This document shows positions 58,294 to 64,000 of a stretch of 64,000 nucleotides of DNA, one piece after another. The notes under the pieces are model-generated. The model made no database searches. It was given only the letters and a program-made list of their open reading frames with translations, and was not told the DNA's origin. Each line of letters starts with the position of its first letter. The first letter of the stretch is position 1. The stretch covers positions 1,473-65,472 of the forward strand of contig JAHHIL010000019.1 of NCBI GenBank assembly GCA_019358975.1, given 5' to 3'. The position numbers and the translations under genes were made by a program. This DNA comes from Trichocoleus desertorum ATA4-8-CV12 (GTDB taxonomy: Bacteria > Cyanobacteriota > Cyanobacteriia > FACHB-46).

Positions 58294-60123
58294 TTAGGAG
58301 GTTTGTCGTTGGGCTGCTAAAGCTTGATAGGCGGTAACGAAATCATCATTGCGAATGCGAACTTGGGTGGGATCTGCCAAACCTTGGGCTCGGTACTGTC
58401 GAATCGCTTCTAAAGCGGCTTGATTACTGAGTAAGGCTAAATCTGCACCATTCCAGCCTTCTGTTTGTGCAGCCCAAGTTGCTAGGTCTACGCCTTGTAG
58501 AGGTCGATCTTGGTTATGAACTTGCAGAATGGCGAGGCGACTGGCTTGATCGGGTAAATCTACTTTGAGTTGCAAATCTAAGCGTCCCGCTCGCAGGAGG
58601 GCAGGATCGAGAGCATCGGGGCGGTTGGTCGCTCCAATCAGCAAAACGTTGGGACAACCCTGTAAGCCGTCGAGTTCTGTTAACAGTTGACCGACGACGC
58701 GATCGCTCACCCCTGAGTCCCCATTGAAACGGCCTCGTGCTGGGGCTAATGTGTCAATCTCATCGACGAATACAACACAAGGAGCGGCTTGGCGAGCTTT
58801 GCCAAATAATTCCCGTACAGATTGCTCGGCAGCACCCACCCAACGGCTCAGCAATTCTGGGCCATTAACGGCGATGAAGTTGGCTCTGGCTTGAGAGGCC
58901 ACAGCTTTAGCAAGTAGCGTTTTACCTGTGCCTGGGGGTCCCCAGAGCAGAATGCCGCGTGGCGCTTTGGCTCCTGTTTGTTGATAGAGTTCTGGGTAGA
59001 GAAGTGCGCCTTCTACCGATTCTTGCAATGTTTGCTTGAGGTCATCCAGGCCACCGATGTCATGCCAAGCCACATCCGGCGACTCAATCTCTACAGAGCG
59101 CAGAACGGCGGGTTTTACTTCTTTGATGGCTTGCAAAAAGTCTGGTTGGGTCAGGGTCATTTCTTCTGGCAGGGGTTCATCTAAAGAAGGAACTAAGCGG
59201 CGCAAGGCACTATAAGCAGCTTTTTGGCAAAGGGCTTTTAGGTCTGCACCGACTAAACCCACTGCCAAGTCAGCGATCGCGCTTAAATTAACCGACTCCT
59301 CCAAGGGCATGGACTGGGTGAGGATTTGCAAAATCTCTAATCTGCCATCGCGATCGGGCACCCGGAACTGGACTTCGCGATCGAAACGACCAGGACGACG
59401 CAACGCTGGGTCAAGATAATCAGGGCGGTTGGTGGCAGCGAGAACAATCACACCCTCGGTTTTGGCAAAGCCATCCATCAAACCCAACAGTTGGGCGACC
59501 AGACGCTTTTCGACTTCCCCTTCGACTTTGCTGCGATCGGGAGCGAGGCTATCAATTTCGTCAATAAACACCAGGCAAGGAGCTGATTTGGCGGCTTTTT
59601 CAAAAATGGCCCGCAACCGACTTTCAGCTTCTCCGTAGTATTTGCCCATCACCTCTGGGCCAACGATCGCAATGTAGTTAACTCCCAAATCTTCGGCTAA
59701 GGCGCGGGCAGTTAAAGTTTTACCCGTTCCTGGTGGCCCGACTAGCAACACGCCTTTCGTTGGTTCCAAGCCCAACCGTTGCAGCAACTCTGGACGCTTG
59801 AGGGGAATTTCTACCAGTTCTCGCAGTTCTTTTAAGACAGGTGCCAATCCACCCACAGTTTTCAGCGGTGGGGCTTTGGAGTCGTGGGTCGGTGGCGTTA
59901 CGGTGACTTCGGGGGTTGAGGCTGGTGTTGTATCAGCACCGGGAGAAGTGACAGGCCCACGACGCACGCCCATACCTGAGGGGATGTTTCCTTGTCGGGG
60001 AATACTACTTAAACTGCGGGAGCGAAACTGAATATCTGTCTTGATTTCTCCCTGTTCTGCCTTTTCTTCCAGGGCTTTAGCGAGTTCCAGCAGTTGCTCA
60101 AACCCTTTGAATAAGTTGTCCAT
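58294..60123 (-). CDS. CDC48/VCP-like ATPase with two AAA+ domains and no recognisable Cdc48 N-domain
   Basis: D1 has GPPGTGKTLTARALA, VFIDEIDSL and ATNRPDYLDPALRRPGRFD. D2 has GPPGTGKTLLAKAVA, VFVDEIDTL and ATNRPDALDPALLRAGRLD. The N-terminal 100 aa or so are low-complexity. Confidence 0.88.
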   Translation of the reverse strand: MDNLFKGFEQLLELAKALEEKAEQGEIKTDIQFRSRSLSSIPRQGNIPSGMGVRRGPVTSPGADTTPASTPEVTVTPPTHDSKAPPLKTVGGLAPVLKELRELVEIPLKRPELLQRLGLEPTKGVLLVGPPGTGKTLTARALAEDLGVNYIAIVGPEVMGKYYGEAESRLRAIFEKAAKSAPCLVFIDEIDSLAPDRSKVEGEVEKRLVAQLLGLMDGFAKTEGVIVLAATNRPDYLDPALRRPGRFDREVQFRVPDRDGRLEILQILTQSMPLEESVNLSAIADLAVGLVGADLKALCQKAAYSALRRLVPSLDEPLPEEMTLTQPDFLQAIKEVKPAVLRSVEIESPDVAWHDIGGLDDLKQTLQESVEGALLYPELYQQTGAKAPRGILLWGPPGTGKTLLAKAVASQARANFIAVNGPELLSRWVGAAEQSVRELFGKARQAAPCVVFVDEIDTLAPARGRFNGDSGVSDRVVGQLLTELDGLQGCPNVLLIGATNRPDALDPALLRAGRLDLQLKVDLPDQASRLAILQVHNQDRPLQGVDLATWAAQTEGWNGADLALLSNQAALEAIRQYRAQGLADPTQVRIRNDDFVTAYQALAAQRQTS

Positions 60124-60141
60124 GCTTGTGCCGCCAGTGGG

Positions 60142-60177
60142 GTGATGCCTGTTGAGTGATGCCCGTTGAGTGATACC
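60142..60177. promoter_or_regulatory. Tandem 14-bp direct repeats in the divergent AAA+/ArsA intergenic region
   Basis: gtgatgcctgttga (60142-60155), gtgatgcccgttga (60156-60169), and a partial gtgatacc (60170-60177). The intergenic region is 110 nt. Confidence 0.35.
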
Positions 60178-60233
60178 AGTAGAACGATCGGTTCTAGGCC
60201 CATTGATTCAGGTGTAACAATCTTTACGAGCCT

Positions 60234-62114
60234 ATGCATCAGTATGATTCCCTGCAACTCGCTCTCTTTAGCGGCAAAGGGGGTGTCGGTAAAACTACCC
60301 TTTCCTGTAGCTTCGCTCGCCGCTGGGCTAGACAGTTTCCTGACCAACAAATTCTTTTAGTTTCTACTGATCCAGCTCACTCCTTAGGCGATGTGCTGCA
60401 AGTAGAAACCAGTAATGCGCCCCATGCCTTAGCGGATTTACCCAACTTACAAGTGCGATCGCTGGATGCGGCTGCCCTCCTCCAAGACTTTAAAACTCGG
60501 TACGGTCAAGTTTTGGAGCTTTTGGTAGAGCGGGGTAGTTTTGTCCAGGGAGAAGATTTATCTCCCGTTTGGAACTTAAGTTGGCCTGGGTTGGATGAAT
60601 TGATGGGCATTCTGGAAATCCAACGCCTCTTGCGAGAGGGAGAAGCCGATCGCGTCGTGGTCGATATGGCACCCAGCGGCCACACTTTGAACTTGTTTAA
60701 GTTAATGGACTTCTTGGATGAGTTGCTGGCAGCTCTAGAACTGTTTCAAGAAAAACATCGAGTTTTGAGCCAAAGCTTTACCGGACGCTACACAGCCGAT
60801 GATGCGGATGCTTTTCTCCACGAGATGAAGGCAGAGCTACTAACTGGGCGACAGCTTTTGCAAAACCCTGACTGCACAGCTTGTTTGGTAGTGGCGATCG
60901 CTGAACCAATGAGCTTTCTAGAAACTCAGCGATTTTTAGAGGCACTAAACCAACTGCAAATTCCCTGCGGTGGATTGCTGGTGAATCACATTCTCACACC
61001 ACTTGAGGATGGCGATCGCTACAGTGAGCAGCAGGAGATGTTAGGCAAGTTCCAAACCCTCAGCACCCTCAGTACTGACAAGCCGATTTTTACGGTGCCC
61101 CAACAACTTGAGGAACCTGTAGGCTCAGCTGCTTTGGATCAAGTCGTGGCTCAGATCGCTCCTTTGGGAATCGTGGCTCTCCCTTCGCCCGTGGTGGTGC
61201 AATGGCCTACTAAGATTCTGCCGAGTTTCGAGGATTTTGTGGCCGTAGGTCGTCAGCTCTTACTCGTTGGAGGGAAAGGGGGAGTGGGTAAAACCACAGT
61301 CGCAGCCGCGATCGCTTGGGGTATGGCTCAAAAATATCCAGAGCGCAAAGTTCGGGTGATTTCCATCGATCCAGCTCACTCTTTGGGCGATGCTTTTGGG
61401 CAACCATTAGGACACCAACCGACGGCGTTAACCCACAACTTAACGGGGCAGGAAATTGATGCTGGACAAGTCTTAGAGCAGTTCCGAGAAGAGTACCTGT
61501 GGGAATTGGCGGAGATGATGAGTGGAGATAGCACCGAGGGCGATCGCTCGCTGAGCATTGCCTACGGCCCCGAAGCATGGCGACGGATTGCAGCTCAGGC
61601 TCTACCTGGAATTGATGAGATGTTGTCGCTGCTTACGGTAATCGATTTGCTGGAGCGACAGGAGCAAGATTTGATTATTTTGGATACCGCTCCTACCGGG
61701 CACTTGCTCCGCTTCTTAGAAATGCCTACAGCTCTCGGAGATTGGCTAGCCTGGATTTTTAAGCTGTGGATCAAGTATCAAGACGTGTTGGGTCGTACCG
61801 AATTTATGGGTCGTCTGCGATCGCTGCGGCAACGGGTGATGCAAGCGCAAAAACGGCTCCAAGACCCGAAATATACCGAGTTTATTTTGGTGTTACAAGC
61901 GCAATCTGCCATTGTGGCGGAGGGTCAGCGTTTAGCTCAGTCCTTAGCAGAGATGGGGGTGCCTCAACGCTACGTGGTGCACAATCGCTTTGAACCAGAA
62001 CTTCCACTGCCTGCTGATGCCTTGCCTCAACACACCACCATTCATCTGCCAGTCTTGCCTCGCTCAGTTACTCCTCTCGCTCGGATTCAAGGTGCAGCGA
62101 AGTTATTGTTCTAA
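60234..62114 (+). CDS. Tandem (two-domain) ArsA/Get3/TRC40-family ATPase
   Basis: The first half has GKGGVGKTTLSCSFA, STDPAHSLGD and DMAPSGHTL. The second half has GKGGVGKTTVAAAIA, SIDPAHSLGDAFG and LDTAPTGHLLRFLEMP. Confidence 0.88.
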   Translation: MHQYDSLQLALFSGKGGVGKTTLSCSFARRWARQFPDQQILLVSTDPAHSLGDVLQVETSNAPHALADLPNLQVRSLDAAALLQDFKTRYGQVLELLVERGSFVQGEDLSPVWNLSWPGLDELMGILEIQRLLREGEADRVVVDMAPSGHTLNLFKLMDFLDELLAALELFQEKHRVLSQSFTGRYTADDADAFLHEMKAELLTGRQLLQNPDCTACLVVAIAEPMSFLETQRFLEALNQLQIPCGGLLVNHILTPLEDGDRYSEQQEMLGKFQTLSTLSTDKPIFTVPQQLEEPVGSAALDQVVAQIAPLGIVALPSPVVVQWPTKILPSFEDFVAVGRQLLLVGGKGGVGKTTVAAAIAWGMAQKYPERKVRVISIDPAHSLGDAFGQPLGHQPTALTHNLTGQEIDAGQVLEQFREEYLWELAEMMSGDSTEGDRSLSIAYGPEAWRRIAAQALPGIDEMLSLLTVIDLLERQEQDLIILDTAPTGHLLRFLEMPTALGDWLAWIFKLWIKYQDVLGRTEFMGRLRSLRQRVMQAQKRLQDPKYTEFILVLQAQSAIVAEGQRLAQSLAEMGVPQRYVVHNRFEPELPLPADALPQHTTIHLPVLPRSVTPLARIQGAAKLLF

Positions 62115-62122
62115 AGCCCAAG

Positions 62123-62800
62123 CTAAACAAAGTGATAAGGAGGGAGCGCTTCACTCAAAGTTAGCTCCCAGTGGGGACAGTGAATTTGCCAGGTTTGCAA
62201 GTGTTTGTACAGTTGGGATGATTCCTGGGCACTCACCAACAGATAAACTCGTTGGCTACCATCTTGAGCTTCACCCAAGACTGGACCCGGATAGATTTGG
62301 GCGATCGCTTGCACCAAGGTTTGCCACTCAGCCGTTTGTTGCTGTTGCTGCTCATACTGACTTTGGAAACGGCGTTTTTTGGCTAAAAAATATTCTCGCC
62401 CCTGAGCTTCTGTGGGCAAGGTTGCTTCGATTTCTAAGACTAAGGGGGTTAATTTCAGGGTGTATTCAGCTTTGCCACTCACCCGTGCTAACTTCTCTAG
62501 ATACTCCTGGGTGTGGGTTTGCAGATGGGCTAGTAACCCTTCAGTAGACAAAAACCGAGTGCCAAACCGCAGCGGCAATAGAGCGGTGTGCTCAAACAAT
62601 TCTCGAATTACGCGATCGTGTGTCAACACTGCTTGGACTAACTGAGCGTCATGATCTTGTAGCGTTTCAAAAGACAGCTCAGGTTCGACCAGGGCAGAGA
62701 GGCGATCGCAAGTGACTAGCTCCAAAGCACTCACAATTCCAGACGGCAGTTTGATGGCACTTGGGGGCGTATTGAGAAAAGCATAGGTGTACATCGGCAT
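62123..62800 (-). CDS. Second GvpF/GvpL-family gas vesicle protein
   Basis: MYTYAFL..., LLPLRFGTRF and AEYTLKL parallel the motifs of the gvpF at 52879-53622. Confidence 0.75.
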   Translation of the reverse strand: MPMYTYAFLNTPPSAIKLPSGIVSALELVTCDRLSALVEPELSFETLQDHDAQLVQAVLTHDRVIRELFEHTALLPLRFGTRFLSTEGLLAHLQTHTQEYLEKLARVSGKAEYTLKLTPLVLEIEATLPTEAQGREYFLAKKRRFQSQYEQQQQQTAEWQTLVQAIAQIYPGPVLGEAQDGSQRVYLLVSAQESSQLYKHLQTWQIHCPHWELTLSEALPPYHFV

Positions 62801-62889
62801 CTAGGCGAGCTTGAAGCAGCCAGGTTACTTCAGGCAGGACGCGGTGAACAAAGGCGGCATTTTCCTGCTTTAATATCCACTTTAAGCCC

Positions 62890-63999
62890 CTAAGTGACGG
62901 AATCTGGCATCAGCTCAAGACCAATTTTGAGTTGCAGGTGTCCAGTAGACCAATCATCACTCACCGGGGGTTGTAGGGCGATGGGAGTACCTTGAAGTAG
63001 CTGTTGTAAGAGCGGTGTGCTGGTCGCGATCGGCTCAAGTAGTTGGGCGAGGAATGTAGCTGCGGGTTGCAAGTTCCCACCTACGCCGGAACCACCCCGA
63101 ATTAAGGTTTGAGCCACTAAAGCATTGTGCATGGCTTTGAGCGCTTGTCCAGTTGACAGATCGAATAGCCAGTTCAGGTGGGGAGAGCTGATCTCAAGCA
63201 CAGCAAATAACCGGAGAGTCCCTGCCAGCCAAGGCTCATTGGGTTGCAGTACCTCCGCTGGTATGCCGCCTACCAAGTGCATAGTCTGATAAGCGCTGCT
63301 GGTAAGCTGCCAAAGCAACTGAGGGAGCCAGTTATCGACACAAACTTCTGGCTGAAGCGGCCCATCTGGTGCTAGCTCAGTAGCATTGGGTATCTCCTTC
63401 GCGATCGCCTCAGCCGTTGCTACAACGCTGGGTAGCAATACAGCAGAGAGATCAGTAGACGCTGAATCGGTTTCAGGTGTAGCAGTTGCGTGAGCGATCG
63501 CCACACTAAGGGGTTGTAGTTGAGTTTGGAAATAGGCTTGCGCGATTGTTGGCTCGGTTAGCTTAACTTTTAAGGCGGTCCCAAACGCTGATATTCCGTT
63601 GGGAGCGGTGAGATCCGTCAGGGTTGTTCCTGCGGTAAATTCAAACGCAAACTGCAACTGTAAGGTGCCCGCCTGCCAAGCTTGTCCGGGTTGGAGACAA
63701 TCCACTGCGGTTGGGGTGGTAAACCATTGCATTTCTGGCGTCACGGTCTGCATTTGCTGGAGCAACTGCTGGGTAAAACGCTGTGCCCAAGTGGGTTGAT
63801 TGCAGAAATTTTCGCCCTCAGTCTGAATCAGCGCTTGATGTGTCAGATTGTTGGTAGGCGGCTGATTGGTGGCTAAATCTAACGCCCATTCTGCTTGGGG
63901 CAACTTCAGCGTTAGCAGGGCTACGAGACGTAAAGCTCCTGTTTGCCAACCTTGCCCAGGCTGAAACACTTTTGCCTCTACGCCACAAAGCAAGCGCAT
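62890..63999 (-). CDS. Repeat protein with four degenerate KGK-like modules (possibly 5'-incomplete at the window edge)
   Basis: The recurring unit is (V/C)LQPGQ.WQ.G.L.L...(L/F)E. It appears as VFQPGQGWQTGALRLVALLTLKL, CLQPGQAWQAGTLQLQFAFEF, VLQPNEPWLAGTLRLFAVLEI and LQPPVSDDWSTGHLQLKIGLELMPD. It resembles the cyanobacterial KGK domain as I remember it. Confidence 0.5.
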   Translation of the reverse strand: MRLLCGVEAKVFQPGQGWQTGALRLVALLTLKLPQAEWALDLATNQPPTNNLTHQALIQTEGENFCNQPTWAQRFTQQLLQQMQTVTPEMQWFTTPTAVDCLQPGQAWQAGTLQLQFAFEFTAGTTLTDLTAPNGISAFGTALKVKLTEPTIAQAYFQTQLQPLSVAIAHATATPETDSASTDLSAVLLPSVVATAEAIAKEIPNATELAPDGPLQPEVCVDNWLPQLLWQLTSSAYQTMHLVGGIPAEVLQPNEPWLAGTLRLFAVLEISSPHLNWLFDLSTGQALKAMHNALVAQTLIRGGSGVGGNLQPAATFLAQLLEPIATSTPLLQQLLQGTPIALQPPVSDDWSTGHLQLKIGLELMPDSVT

Positions 64000-64000
64000 T

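Noticed and set aside
58294-60123. Equating the double AAA+ ATPase with haloarchaeal GvpD
   Set aside because: GvpD is a single P-loop regulator as I recall it. This ORF has classic CDC48-type D1/D2 modules, so no homology claim is justified by eye.
60234-62114. Interpretation as the arsenite pump ATPase of an ars operon
   Set aside because: No arsB, acr3, arsC, arsD or arsR is adjacent. The gene is bracketed by gas vesicle genes instead. I did not verify the metalloid-binding cysteines.

Overview
This is a cyanobacterial chromosomal segment. The HIP1 palindrome GCGATCGC recurs throughout (not counted). Lineage-typical genes include psaC, chlB, a CpcS-like bilin lyase, two class-C flavodiiron proteins and acpP-fabF-tkt synteny. 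About 60 genes are supportable and most are housekeeping: prlC, pepP, hspA, coaX, bcp, argH, ftsY, nusB, pgl, rph, adk, glmS, psaC, acpP, fabF and tkt. No rRNA, tRNA or CRISPR array was found by eye. The most interesting region is a gas-vesicle cluster at about 52.6-62.8 kb, ordered gvpA-gvpC-gvpN-gvpJ-gvpK-gvpF-gvpG on the minus strand. It has three non-canonical traits. (1) GvpC and GvpN carry a homologous C-terminal winged-helix-like module of about 55 aa. (2) A CDC48-like double AAA+ ATPase and a tandem ArsA/Get3-type ATPase, divergently transcribed, sit between gvpA and a second gvpF/L paralog. (3) A protein with four degenerate KGK-like repeats flanks the cluster. A second candidate system at 38.3-41.8 kb is an operon of an alpha-oxoamine synthase, a large GNAT-like acyltransferase and an NAD(P) epimerase/reductase, preceded by a Rieske oxygenase. 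This matches the enzyme triad of bacterial ceramide (sphingoid lipid) synthesis. Other notable items are a flavodiiron pair interrupted by a small wHTH gene and a membrane-protein gene, and a solo TnpB (IS200/IS605-type) element that appears to have landed in the 3' end of a host ORF. There is also an in-frame palindromic repeat insertion in coaX, a duplicated NUDIX 3' end differing only by synonymous changes, two AT-rich islets, and several families of small GC-rich palindromic and heptamer-type repeats. All functional calls rest on motif recognition by eye in the supplied translations. No database search was run.
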